From: Penicillus capitatus
Taxonomy: Eukaryota; Plantae; Chlorophyta
Length of the DNA stretch: 64,000 bases
Reading direction: 5' to 3'
Assembly: GCA_965649825.1 (NCBI GenBank)
Contig: OZ287706.1
Span: 682,001 to 746,000, forward strand
Position numbers and translations under genes: made by a program. The notes under the pieces are model-generated. The model was not told where the DNA came from, did not search any database, and saw nothing but the letters and a program-made list of their open reading frames with translations. Shown piece after piece: positions 16,824 to 30,170 of the stretch (position 1 is its first letter; each line of letters starts with the position of its first letter).

Positions 16824-19323
16824 TTTGCAAAGTGCTTCGAGGTAGATAGTTAGACGTCACGTGCGAATACTTTCGCAGGTATTGCTTGCAGAGGAAAAGG
16901 ATTTCGATAAGGTGTTAGTTAACACAGGCTGAAATCAATTGGAGGACGAAGAGCTCGGGCCGAATTTATAGTCATTCGCTTCGGCAACCGTTCGGACGGT
17001 CTGTTCGTGAATTGCTATAAACGTCTGCCCGTCGGGAGGTGAATCTGAACTCCCGGAGACGCGGGAGAATTCCTCGCGAGGAGTTCGAAGAATCTTCCGA
17101 CGGCATGTGAACGGTTTGTCTCCTCCAAGAAGCTAATAGATGAAGATATCCAGCTGTCTGTCTCTGTCTCCTTGGCCAAAGGGTATGCGTCACCGTACTG
17201 TGAGGAATCGTCGTACGACGTCATTTCGACGATAGCTGCTTGCGTCGTTCAAAGACATGCACGAACACTGTATAGGCACGAATGCGATTCTTCTGTCCTT
17301 CTCTCTCTTTGAACGTCGCGATTCGAAAGAGTTTGCGAAGTGATTGGGAGACCTGTCAGATTTCTGATTGTTTGATTGTTCTGGTTGAAACGAGGTAGAG
17401 ATGACTGCTAAAGCCAGTACGTAACGTCGAGTGTGTAATTCACTGGACTGCATAGTGTCGATCGTCGCCACTGGCAGAAAGCTTTTCCTTCTTCAACGGT
17501 TTATATCACGGGTGAAGCGGACCGCGTCGTTAAGTGCTGTGTGTTGCATTCTGCGTGGTCCTGTTGATGTGGATCAATATCCGGTATGCTTTTTCTCTGC
17601 GTCTTTTACTCGATCGCAATACCTGCATGAAGTAAAGATGCTGATAACATACATGTTTTGTTGGGAATCTTACTCTTCTGACAAACATCGTGTTTGGAGG
17701 GAGCAACGATCAAGTACCTGCGTCATCGATTGTTAGTAAGCCCTTTGCTGCCCATCCTCAGATCTCGCATGGTTACATCCGATATGGAGTTGTTGATATC
17801 AAGAACGGATAAAAAAGGTTTGGAAAAGATGGACAGTATCGAGCCTCTGGCGATGTCCGCTCTGGAGTGGTATTCCGTCTGGAACGAGGAATTGTTTTTG
17901 TTCAACTGCTTCGAACGATATCGGATTTCTCAGAGAAATCCTTTCTCTCTAGCAGCACGGGATCTATTCATCTTGTAGGTGCCATCTATTTATCATACCT
18001 TTCCTGTCCTGATCCTCTGTGGTGTCAAGCGCTGAAACTGTGTTATGAACTCGACTCTCACGGATTCATTATTCTCAAGAAGTCCTGGACGACGTTGAAA
18101 AAGGGGAAAGCTTGCCTTGTGTACTTCTTCCCGATGTGCAGAAGCTGCTCTGTGCTGTGACATATAGTTTGCTGTTGCGCGTGCGATAGAAAGCACCGAA
18201 GAATCTGGTTGCCGAACGGGCATTGGCATTTGCTGCGGCTTTAGGTGATAGTAAAAGAAAATGTGAAAGCCATCTACTGGTGAAAGATCTTAACTCCGCG
18301 TCTCCGCAGTATTGAATGTGGAGAGCCTACGTTGAGTAAGAGTGACCATTCTATAGTCTCCAGTCAAGCACTTTTTTAGAGACATGACTGCATGCTACTA
18401 AGCGAGACGCAACTTTTTGAATAGTTGAACCAAAAGGAGGCTCAATGAAGAAAGTGTAGAAATGGCTGTTGCGATTCCCCCCGTTCGACACAACCTGCAC
18501 ACCTATGTGATCTAAATAGTGATTAAATGGCAACGCGCTCGATCGCTGAGTTAAACTGAGATTAGGGTGCACGCTGCTCTCACCCACCGTCGGACAAAAA
18601 GACAAAGGGCACATCTTCTGCGACGCTGTCGTCGTTTTTGTACAAGAAAAAGTGTCATCTGTTTGTGGTAGATGTCACGGCTGAAAGAAATTGGCCACTC
18701 GATACTCCAGAGTGAATTGCGATAGCGGCTTGGACAATGGTTGACTACTTATTTGAAAGATTTCTGTAAATGCTATGCAGAAGGAACGCCTGCATGAGTC
18801 AGAACGAAGTTCGTGCCTCATGTCAAAGGAATCCGCTTTCCTATTGAAATATTAATTATAGACGAGATTGATCCAATCCCAAAAATGTTCTCGATACAAA
18901 AACCAAACGGTCAACGATACAAAGTTCAACACTGAAGTCACCGAGGATACGCTCCATGATCTTTCTCCAAAGACAGTCAGAATTGCTCGAACATGAGACA
19001 TCTAACGAAGACTCTTCGGAGATTCCGCCATTCGGCCATTTTCTGTCGAGGTGCTAGACAAAATCGCAAAGCAAAAGAAAAAGCGGAATGGGACCTATAT
19101 AGTCGACTTTGTAGCGTGTGCTCAAGAGACAACTCTAAACGTAGAATGGTGTGGTTTGTTTAACAAATTTTGCTTTTCGCGATACGCAACGACGACTCTG
19201 TTCAGAGGTAGGCAGTAGAATTCCTTGCAAATCTGTTTTCAGATGCCAAAGTAATAAAAAGTCGAGTAGATAATGTTTTTTAAAATGTACATAGTCTCTT
19301 CAACAGCGAACGACCCTAGGCGT

Positions 19324-20400
19324 CTACAATCTTTGATCTGCCACTGACCCGCTCCTGGCTTCCTTCCAGGTCTGGTACTCTGTGATGGCATCGATGACAA
19401 AGATCGTTCTCCCCATGACATCGATCCCTGCTACTGCCGGGGATTTCACACAACCACTAACAAAAGGGTCGCAACGGTTTCCGCCCCGCGGACCGGAGGC
19501 ATTATAGCTTCGCGATGTGACGTCCTTTCGCGGGTGCTGACGGGTATAACGACTGTACGCGTACCTACCTGTACACTTTGCTTTGGCTCAATGCCTATTC
19601 CTCCGTCCGTCCTCGCGCGTCTGCGACCGCGACCGCGACCGCGACTCGGACTCTTCATGCGATTCCTAACTGTCACTTTCTGTTAGAATGAGAGTGCAGT
19701 CTGACCATTGCCGCGCCCCAACAAGTTTCGCATCGTCGAGTTCTTGACTCGAGAACTCGACGACATCGTCTTCGTCGATGTGCGAGGCCAACTTTAGATG
19801 AGCCTTTGCCGTCTCGGTTACCCGCGCTCTCTCTCTATCTGCCCGCAGGCTTGATATTCCTAACCTCTCAAAGAAGAGCTGCTTCAGTGGATCTGCCGAA
19901 AAAGCTAGACGCATGAATCCATCCGAAGGCAGGTAGTCTAAATCTAACTCGCATGAGTGCGACCGAGTAGTGGGCCGTGGCCAATGATATTTAGTCGGCT
20001 GCTCGTTTTGATCGAGCATGACCCGCTGCGGCAATTCTAAGGCGTCTACTTGTCCTCCAATGAAGTCGTAGTAGGCGCCGTTTGGACTCCACCAGCTTTG
20101 GGCTTCGCGTCTCCCTGAATTGGCGGTGGGACGCGGATAGGTGAGTTAAAAGATCGACTTGCAATGAACAACAAGAGCCGCCGATCGTCGAAGTCTTCGA
20201 GATATTCGATCAACAGAGCGTCCTTCGTCGAGTTCCAAGGAAATGGAACACCTTCGTGATCATTTAAGGCCAAAAACATCAATGCATGTAGAGGATGTTG
20301 CAGTTCTATCGCCTGCCGTAGCCATCGAGGACGGGGTGTAAGTGGAAGTTCCAGTCGTTATAGCGGCGAGGATAATGTCACCCCCAATCAAGCACGCGCC
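19324..20400 (-). pseudogene. Decayed intronless ORF of unknown family
   Basis: One frame runs from about 20140 to 19324 (about 270 codons), interrupted only by TAG 19668-19666 and one TGA. A further frameshifted segment lies upstream (PFPWNSTKDALLIEYLEDFDDRRLLLF). Confidence 0.4.
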
Positions 20401-20474
20401 GTCACAAGAGCGAATGAAGTAACCCTCTGTCCACCTGTTAGGAATCAAACCCGACCATCTCGACAAAGTCGAAT

Positions 20475-20610
20475 GTGCTTTGCGCTACACGACCACCGAG
20501 ACTGACACAGACGATGCCTCTTTTTCCGATCGACTTCACTAAAAAGTCATATCGCCAAACAAAAGTTAAAAAGTATCCATGTCGCATTACATCTTCGCCT
20601 GCCTCGTGCA
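20475..20610 (-). pseudogene. Remnant of a third LysRS 5' end, head-to-head with RimP
   Basis: acgacc..atgcctcttt..atcgacttcact..aacaaaag..aa..gtat aligns with 12969-13060. Confidence 0.6.
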
Positions 20611-20735
20611 ACGAACCCGTCTGATTCGTCGAAGCTGATGCAAGGGCACTTGAGAGTAGTTTGTTGGAGTCGTCATCGAAAACAATCACGACCGACCCAT
20701 CCGCCGAAAACAATCTGTCGTCTGTACGACAGACG

Positions 20736-21722
20736 ATGTTGAAAACCGCATTTGTCCTTCGCCGCATGGCAACCTGTTTCAGTCCTGTCCTGCGTTCGGC
20801 TTTTGCCTCGCAACAGATACGCGATTCCTTCAAGCAGAGGGCATCTCTCGGATCCCAGAGATGTTTCCAGACAACGCCTTTGATGCAGTTTCGAGGCCCT
20901 AAGTTCCGCGTTTACAATGAAGATCAGGATCTCCCACTGACGTCCTCAGACGACGAGGATCGACAGCCGCGAAAATACGTGTTCGTTTCCGACGACGACG
21001 AGCGACTCTTCGTCGAATTCGATCAGGAGGAGACGGACGATGACGCCTTCTACGAGGCCAGTTCCCAACAAGATCCCGTCAACGATGCTCTATGGGCGCA
21101 GATTGAGGCATCGCCCACGTCTCCGGTCGCCGATCCCGAACGGCACTTTGCCGAATGGCAGAAACGAGCAAAGGCAGAAGAGAACGTCCAGACAGAGGGA
21201 CTCACCTGGGCGAACACGGCACTGGAGATGACACGGGATCTGATCTCGGCGCCGCCATTCGATGCCCTGACGCTCCACACCTTCCGCATCGACGCACGTC
21301 GGCGGCAAATTTGTGTGACGTTGGACAAGTACGTCGATCCCTACGGGTCGCCATCCCTCGAGGAGATCTCGAACTTCACCGAGACACTGTCGGAGAGAAT
21401 GTGTGAGTCCCTCGGCAATGCCGTCGTGGAGAGTCTGAAGTTCGAAGTCTCCTCCCCGGGTGCCGAGCGCAGAGTCCGTTTGCCTTTTGAGCTGTCGCGT
21501 TTCGATCATCTCCCGATGAAAGTCTGCCATCGGATGGAAGATGACAAATCGACAACGAAGGTTCTGGAGTTTCAGCGACAGGATGGCGAGATTTCTGTGT
21601 GGAGGTACTGGAAAGGGAGGTTCAATCGAAAGACGGCAAAGTTGCGCAAGGCAGACTTCGCAAAGGAAATCCGCATTCCTCTTGAGGATCTCCTTCGCGT
21701 TCATCTTTTTCTAGATATCTGA
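20736..21722 (+). CDS. rimP: Ribosome maturation factor RimP (DUF150)-like, organelle-targeted, intronless
   Basis: Transit-peptide-like N-terminus, then ICVTLDKYVDPYGSPSLEEISNFTETL, LKFEVSSPGAERRVRLPFELSRFDHLPMKV and IPLEDLLRVHLFLDI*. Confidence 0.88.
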   Translation: MLKTAFVLRRMATCFSPVLRSAFASQQIRDSFKQRASLGSQRCFQTTPLMQFRGPKFRVYNEDQDLPLTSSDDEDRQPRKYVFVSDDDERLFVEFDQEETDDDAFYEASSQQDPVNDALWAQIEASPTSPVADPERHFAEWQKRAKAEENVQTEGLTWANTALEMTRDLISAPPFDALTLHTFRIDARRRQICVTLDKYVDPYGSPSLEEISNFTETLSERMCESLGNAVVESLKFEVSSPGAERRVRLPFELSRFDHLPMKVCHRMEDDKSTTKVLEFQRQDGEISVWRYWKGRFNRKTAKLRKADFAKEIRIPLEDLLRVHLFLDI

Positions 21723-22014
21723 ACCTCATCGTCACACTACACTCAGAATCCTAGAGCGTCAGATGATAACAAGATTTCCTAGCGTCAAAACGAACAAGGC
21801 AGGCTGTGTCTTTGGTACACTTTAGGATATGGACACCAAACTGCCCGTTTGCAATGAGAACAGATGTGTAACCACAGTGCTTGGCAAAGTATCATCCATC
21901 AAGGTGTACATAGCAGATAATAAAATCCTCCATAGACATAGTTCAGCAACCGCAAACAACGGTTAATTGATCGAACACGAATGCTTTGAGCGGTGGCAGT
22001 GGGACTCAAGTTAT

Positions 22015-22443
22015 TTAGGTCGTCGCTTGCAGCTCAGGTAATGGCATGAGCAGATAACCAGTCATGTGTCCACGTCGCTCGTATGTCATCCGCGGCACAA
22101 GACGACCACTCGCTGTTCTCTTGAACGTTGGAGTGCTTGTGAACGTCCTTTGAGTATACAGCCGAGGCGTATGCAGCGCAGACCCTTCTGAGAGGGCACG
22201 CGGTGGAATACCAGCCACCATTTCATCTTCGTTGTTTCTCTTCCGGAAAGTGACGGTCGGATTGAGCGAGGCTTGAAATTTCTTCACAGCCGTGACCACA
22301 TGGGCTACGACGCTAAAACTGCGCCGTAGACTGGAAGACTCCGTACCGTCCTCCTGGTCGATGAGAGGCTGCCGTCGACCATACTCGGTAGACCCATTGC
22401 GTGGTGATGAAGCGAAGCTCGAACCGAGAATACGAAGGCACAT
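22015..22443 (-). CDS. Uncharacterised intronless protein orfX2 (142 aa)
   Basis: Intact ORF paralogous to orfX1 with the same conserved blocks. Confidence 0.75.
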   Translation of the reverse strand: MCLRILGSSFASSPRNGSTEYGRRQPLIDQEDGTESSSLRRSFSVVAHVVTAVKKFQASLNPTVTFRKRNNEDEMVAGIPPRALSEGSALHTPRLYTQRTFTSTPTFKRTASGRLVPRMTYERRGHMTGYLLMPLPELQATT

Positions 22444-22734
22444 CGCTGAAAGCGCTTAGACACAAGAACTTCAAATGGAAATACAGAGTACGGTCGCTCG
22501 ACGGTCTTCAAATGCACAAATCATTTACGAGAGGATGTCATCATCGTTGAAAGGACCGGACAAACCGGGATCGCGTTATTACCATCGCCACGCAGCATAG
22601 ACGCTAAGTGGAAGGTCATCTGATGCAGGTGTCGATGCTAAGACGTCACGCAGCTTGGTCGCTGAAGACGCGACCAAATGGACAGGTAGGTGTGAATGGT
22701 GGAGATACTCTAGGACGACAGTCTGCTCCAGGAG

Positions 22735-23164
22735 ATGTCGATGCGAAGTGGAGCCTCATCCTTTCTCCGTGGTGCTCGTCCACTGACGGCGACCTTGAGG
22801 CCCGTGCATCATGTCTGCCACGCAGGCTAAGGCGTTTGAGGAGATTGAGCTTTCTCCTAGGGTTTGGATCTTGCCGTGGAGGGTGGCAGTGTGATTGAAT
22901 GCGCTTCAAAGAATAAGTACAAGACGCGAAAGGTCCATCCAAGATCAGTGTAACGCTGAAGATCCAATGTACTGTGCTGTCAAGGCGGCGGCCAAGCGCT
23001 TCAAGGTTACGGGAAATGGCAAAGTCATGCATCGTCATCGAAATAAGCAGCATCTGAACGCGAAGAAGAGGAGAAAACGCCTTGTGCACTTGAAAGGCGA
23101 GTCCGAAGTCTCGTCAAGCGACATGGACACCATTCGAAGATGTTTGCCAAATGCAAAGCTCTGA
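22735..23164 (+). CDS. rpl35: Nuclear-encoded plastid ribosomal protein bL35
   Basis: Transit peptide MSMRSGASSFLRGARPL..VIECAS, then KNKYKTRK|AAAKRFKVTGNGKVMHRHRNKQHLNAKK. Two introns. Confidence 0.85.
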
Positions 23165-23495
23165 TGGAAGGCTCTTCCACAGGAGACAGACGGCATGTTA
23201 TGGACAACGCCTCGTTTTTGTCGGGATCGATCGATGAGGGTCCGCGTCGTACGCATCGCCGGTGTTGGCCGTCGTCATCCAGATGTGCTGCTCTCTCACT
23301 TTCTTACAGCTTTCACAGTCCGCGCCTTAGACATCGATCGGCGGCGCGTGTACGCAAATCAAAATAGCATTGCTCCCACGGTGGATGGATAGGACAGGAA
23401 GATAGAAGAGTCATGCTATAGACATCAATCATATAAAGAGAGCCAGATGTGATGCGTCCCTTCTCTGCCAGAGTGAACGAAGCCAGAAAGGCACG

Positions 23496-24214
<719 letters not shown>

Positions 24215-26668
24215 TCAAAAGACCTGAGACTCCGAATGCGAAAATGCAAATTCGCGATGTGGCTGATGGCGACAGCAAGACGGTGAGATGACCATCAACG
24301 TCATGACGGCTACATGAAAGCGACAGGAAGTAGAAAAGACGTCTCCGTCGCCGACGGCCATTGACTTTGCCGCGTCTTGCCATTCATCGATCACCGTCAC
24401 CGCACAGCACCCTCGTGAACCAAACATGCTTTGAAGATAATCACCATCGTCTGTATGGACGACGCGTCGATGGACGGTGTCGTTTTCTGTTGACTCGAGT
24501 GTGACGGACGTCGACATGGGAATGGATGGCGCCATGGATCTGTGGCATCTGGCCTCGAGCTCGCGACGCGTTCCGCGCGTCTTTTCTCTTTCGTCTTCCG
24601 CCGTTTTGTCTTTGACGGGCGTCCGTGGTCAACGATATGAGCTGACGTTTCTTTTGCCTGGTCAGGGAGATGAGCGATGAGGGACGGAGTCGGTCGCGAG
24701 ATTGTTTGCGCTGACGACGCCAAATGCAAACGCATGGTTCTGCGCGATGTGACGGCCGTTTGCGATTGGCAGGAGTGTCACCGATCTGTCGGAAGTGAAG
24801 GAGTGGAGGCAAAGTGCGACGCAGATCTGGGAGGCGCGTGATCCCCTTCCCTTGGCGATGAGATTTTGTTGCGAAATGCAGCTGCACAGAAGCTGCCGAT
24901 TCCGTTTGTCCGTGTATCATCATCATGTACAGTGATATCCTGATGCGACCAGCCAGCTGCGACAGAGGCAGAACGGATCCTGCCGACATTGATGAGACAG
25001 CAGCATCACACCAGAAAGATGTGTGCCAGTCCTGGCGATCTGTATCCATTTTTTCATTTGATAAACCGGCCGAGTGGTGGCAGATATTCTGAGGGATTGA
25101 ATGTTGGACACAGTTGATTGAGGTGTGTCTCTTTTGAGGAGAGAGGAATAGACTCGAGGCTGGACAGTTGGAATTTTGACATTGTATTTATGACAGACAC
25201 ATTGGGCGGGAGGGTATCGACTGCCCCTCTGTTTTCTGTCCGTGCTCTTCTGGAATGGAATCGAGATGTGGACCATTGTCTGTCTCGATCAGTGGAGGAA
25301 GATGAGGATGCACGACAGAGACAGACCGTTGACAAACGCATGACATGACACTGGATAATAATCTGAGTTGGACAAAGCTATTAGGTGAGGTGAGGTCCGT
25401 CATAAATCTTACACACTTCGTAAAGCGCGATCAATAAGCGAGCTCGAGGCCAATACAAGCTCTTTCAGCAGTCATGTCATCACGGTGCGTCATCCAGGAG
25501 ACGTTCAAGCACCCCAGGGATGGATGGTCTTTATTGAAGGGTAGGTGGGCGGATGCTGCGATTGATGAGTCTAAAATTGATTGTGATGGATGGAACCGTT
25601 TTGATGGATAGCATCGGATAGGGTATGTAAGATGCACAAGCTTTCAGCGGTTTCTGCTCGATTGTGGGCGTTACTTGTTGTTTCTTTTCGAATACGTTGG
25701 ACATGGGATTGTGGAAAGATGCCTCGACGGTGTCTCATTGCGTTTTTCGGTCGGTGGGTTTACTGTTGTTGAAGGAGACATGTCCGTCGAGGTGCGGTAA
25801 GCGTCACCGTAGCCGAGCATCGCTCCCATTGCGCAACCGTTTTGAATAGCACCCAGTCAACATCCGAACACCAGTGGCTGTCGCTTCACGTGGCAAATGA
25901 ATAAGATTCTAAAGCTTTCCGATTTCGCCGCATTGACAATTTTACCACGCGCGTTGTGAAATGGTCGATTCTTCGTCAGAGCGAAGCAAGCTTGTATGGT
26001 CGGATGAGGACCGTAGCGTCCGAGTCCACGTGACTCCCGGCGTCTTCAAAAACGCACAGCGCATTTGCGAACACCTTCGTGGCGATATTCGTATCTCCGG
26101 ACAGTGGTATAGACTCGTGAAAACTACCTACCTAAGCATAGAACACGCTTCTCGCTGTCAACAAATGACGAATACGATGACACACTGCGTGCTTCAGCAG
26201 AGGCTAAACGCTCAGGGTTCTTGCTCACGTCGTTACGCTTCATGTTGCGATCTGCCTCGACGGCGCATCGCAGGGGTCAACAGAAGCGTAGCGCCGGACA
26301 TCTAGCGGCATGAGGAGGGATTGCATTTTTGTGTCTGCAGAAAAACGCCGCCGGTCGACGGGAACGACGGTCGGTGGCACGAAGATCTCCCCCGACGCGA
26401 CAAAGGAACCGGATTCGGCCCGAAACAGCTGACGTTTCAATCTACGTGCAGCACCCCCTGCCGATGCGATGTTTGAGTGATGGATGGCACGTCACGCAGA
26501 CGCATGTGGCTGAATAACGTGTTCTCTTTCGCAGCACGATAGTATAGCACGACGCGTCATCGTGCAAAAACGTTATCCAACGACGTCTGCAGAGACTGAC
26601 GTTCCGTGTGTTGTGTATTAGGCAGAGTCTGAAACTGCCGTCGGTTCTCGTTTTGCATCTCGTATGTA

Positions 26669-29600
26669 ATGGTAAGGCACCATCGTTTCTATGAAAGTCT
26701 CTTACACCTTCCGACGCTCATCCAGGAGCGGGACCCACAGCTGTCATTCGAGCAGAAAAGGATCGAAATTTCGATGTACCCTCCTACAAGTCTGTACACC
26801 TATCTCCCTCTGTAACCATCGCGTCAACGTGGATGCATGTCTGCAGTGATTTTCATGAACTTGCACGCATGCATGCAGCATTTCTGGAAGGCAATCAGTG
26901 CTTCGTTGTCGCCATGGGCGAGGATACCGAAATGTTCTTAGCTCCTGTCAAAAGTAGAGGAGACATGGATGGATGACAGAAGTGAAGTGGGATGTGCGGT
27001 GGGTGCATAGGTGATGTGGCGGATGTTTGTGTGTTCTGGGCATACGCCGCGATGCGGGGAACCGTGACACATGCAACGGAAATGGTGGATATGGGAAAGA
27101 TTCCTCTGATCTTTGATTTGGACGAGACATTGGTATTGGCGCACACTATCTTCTCACTCAAGAACCGCTCACTTCAACTCGCTTCTGAAATGGAAGCCGC
27201 CAAAAAAGAACCCGTTGTTTGTGCAGACACAACCGATAGGTGCGTAGCAAATGTGCTGCGCGCTGTCATTTGGAGTGAGAAGTGTGATGCAGCAGACTCA
27301 AGAAATGGGAGAAGGAGGAAACGATGCTGAATGAAGACATTGCTCAGTTGACATCGTTTATGGAGAGGGATCGGATCGAAGTGAATGGAAACACCATCTA
27401 CGCCACGTACAGCGATGACCTTCCCTTTCTCGAGATGCGATGCCATTCTGTAGGCCGGAGTGCGTGTCGGGTGAGGAAGGACAAGATTTCTTGCGTCCCG
27501 TCGTGCGTTTGCCCGGAAAGATCTTTACTCGGATCGATCCGAAACGCCACGAAACATCGATGGTGATTCGAATCCGTGAGGGCTGGCCGGATCTGAGTGC
27601 GTATCTTCGTGGAGAAGGAACCGTTGAGAAGAGACAGCGTTTCAAGATCTGGGTGTGTACAGCTGCGGAGAGAGGCTATGCCTTAGAAGCATGGCGACTA
27701 CTGGATCCCACATCTGAACTCATTCCTAAAGACGAGGTGAAGAAACGGCTTTTCTGTGCTGGAAAGCAAAAGAAATCGCTTTTTCGCACGTTCTGTCTGG
27801 GGCCCCTACACGAACAGCCCACTCCAAAGGAGATTCTCTCTCCCAAGAAGAAACTGGGACCCCTGTGCGAGGGACATTCAGAGATGTCGATGGCGATCAT
27901 CGTGGACGATCGTATCGATGTGTGGGAGAAGCGAAATCAGGAACAGATTTTGCAGGTCCTGCCGTTTCAGTACCCCTGTATCGAAACGCAGTCCCCCAGC
28001 GAGATTCAAAAAATGCAGACGGTCTTTCAGGCTGTCCGTTCACAGTTCTACTTTGAATTGATGGAGCAGATGGCTCCAGCTGTGCGAGACATGTGGAAGA
28101 TGGGCTTCGAAAATGAAGCCGCTCTGCAGCAACTCCAAGAAAAAATGAAGAGAGCGACGTCCATAGCGCCCTTTCTCAACACATTCTCGCAGCCCACGAT
28201 GGCACCAGCATTTCCGGAGGCACCTGTGCTGACGGAGGCATCTCTCAAGCCGAACGATCGTCGACAGCTCGGGGAGAATCGATCGAACAAGGCAGAAAAT
28301 GGAAGAATCAGTTTGCCAATCATCGTGAAGCGAAAGAAGACTGCGAAGAAACCAAAGCTTCGTCCACGTCATCCCATTCCGCCGCCGCCGGACGATAGCA
28401 GGATGTCACTCGATCCTCCATCCACATCCGATCAGGACTCTATGCAGGCTGAAACGACAACCGTCGATGTTCAAGAGCATCAAGCCCTTCCCGATTTAAA
28501 TCCAGCGCTTCAAGAGATCTGTACAAGAGAGACGGGCGAGGGAACAGCCAGTGAGGCAACTGCGCCGCCAGTGAGCGATCCTTTACCTGTTGAAGAGCCA
28601 GTGGAGGAGCCACAAGAAGTAACGGACACATCGCAACCGTTACCTGCCATGATGGACGTGGATCAGACAGCGGCCATGACTGTTCATACTCCTGGACCTG
28701 CTTCGGCCGATGCAGGATCGCTGATACCAGGTCTTTTCGAGTATGATAAAATGACGTCTCGGCCACCGAGCACAGCCGATGCTGGACTCAGTGTGACATC
28801 GGTGTTAGCTGCTTCGCATCAACTCGAAGCTCTGTCTGTTCAGAACATTCAATCTGTTAGTCCTGCGCAGCCATCTTTTCTCACGCAAAGTAGAGCAACG
28901 CTCTCCGTGGTCGATGTCTTCCGAGAGTGTACGCGTGGTGTAGATGTTCCTGAGCCATCACCGGCTCAAACGCAGTTTCTGGCAGTGCCATCGATCCCAG
29001 ACAGCATACAGAACACCTCGGCAGCTGCACAGCTAAGGTTGATTCCAGGGAAGGTCGTTCTACTGCCTCCGACGCCGGCTCAAGGGGAAGCTTCTCACAG
29101 TCGATATACCATTGTCCAACTCTCGGATGGACGGCTGATTCTGCAGCCTGTTCCGCCAGCGCCACCGAGAGATCCGCTCCCGCCGCCTGTCATGATTCAA
29201 AGTGGCGGCGCACAGCAGTTGGGATATGTCCTGCCAAAGAACTCTGCCATGAATGCTCCTCCTCCGATCATGCCAATAAAACAGTGGAACGGAAACTGGA
29301 CCTCTTCGCAATCGCAAATGATGCCGTTGTCCTCGGAAAGGATTGCGGGAAGCTATTCGAAGCAACTGAATATGCCATGTCAGATCATGGTGCATTCACA
29401 ACCCCCTAATCTCCAGGTTACCGTTTTCTATTAGCGTATGCTCTTGTGTGAACGACGTTTTTAGACGGGATTACTGCCGCATCAGTTGGAAGTGCCGCAG
29501 CAAATGACAATGCCGCAAGGCGGTAATCACGCGACAGCTGAACACGCGCTGCAGACACTCGTCATGATGCCGTCCGCTCCACCATCCGCTCAAGTAACGA

Positions 29601-30170
29601 TGATCGATGTATTTCTGGCCAAACTGATCTTCAGCTGTGCAGAATCTGCAGGTCGAGCCGAAGCTGAACTACACGTCCTTGCCCGTTTCCCAAACACCTC
29701 AGCAACAGCAGCAGATTTTCTATCCTGTTGTTCCTCCGCCGCCGCCACCTCCCCAAACGCACGCCCAAGCAGCACCCCCTCCGCCTCCGCCGCCACCCCC
29801 TCCGCCACTGGAAGTACCGAATCTGCAGCAAGGGACGGTATCTCGACCTGTAAGAGGGAAACAGAGAGCGGGATCTCAACAGCGAGGTATAGGGAAGAGA
29901 GTGAAGCCCCTAGGATTGATGGAGCAGCGTCCGCCGCTTCGCTCAAACCAGGGAACAAGAGGCAAACGAGGACAGCCAGTAAATCGGCGCGTTTCGCAAA
30001 GAAAGCTACAGAATATAAAAAACAAGAACTTTCAAGCGTCAAAAAAACAGAAGCAGCTTTCGACGACCATGGATGAGACACAAGATTTCAACTTCATGGG
30101 ATATATGGCACAGCTGGCAGATGAGTTGGAAGAGCAAGAGGCGTTTGAAGAAGGAGAGATTCGGGAGTAA
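26669..30170 (+). CDS. CPL1: RNA polymerase II CTD phosphatase-like (plant CPL1/CPL2 type) with a long Pro/Gln-rich tail; start approximate
   Basis: CVFWAY..KIPLIFDLDETLVLAHT, RPVVRL..FTRIDP..TSMVIRIR.GW, FKIWVCTAAERGYALEAWRLLDP, IIVDDRIDVW. Ends EEGEIRE*. Confidence 0.88.

Noticed and set aside
19446-19676. RGRGRGRRR segment suggesting a viral capsid N-terminus
   Set aside because: It arises from a short (cggtcg)n microrepeat read in an alternative frame, and no capsid or Rep features follow.
25118-25348. LDSWNFDIVF resembling a cyclic-nucleotide phosphodiesterase N-terminus
   Set aside because: No YHN..HA..V or HD motif downstream. The 24.4-26.6 kb region remains unannotated.
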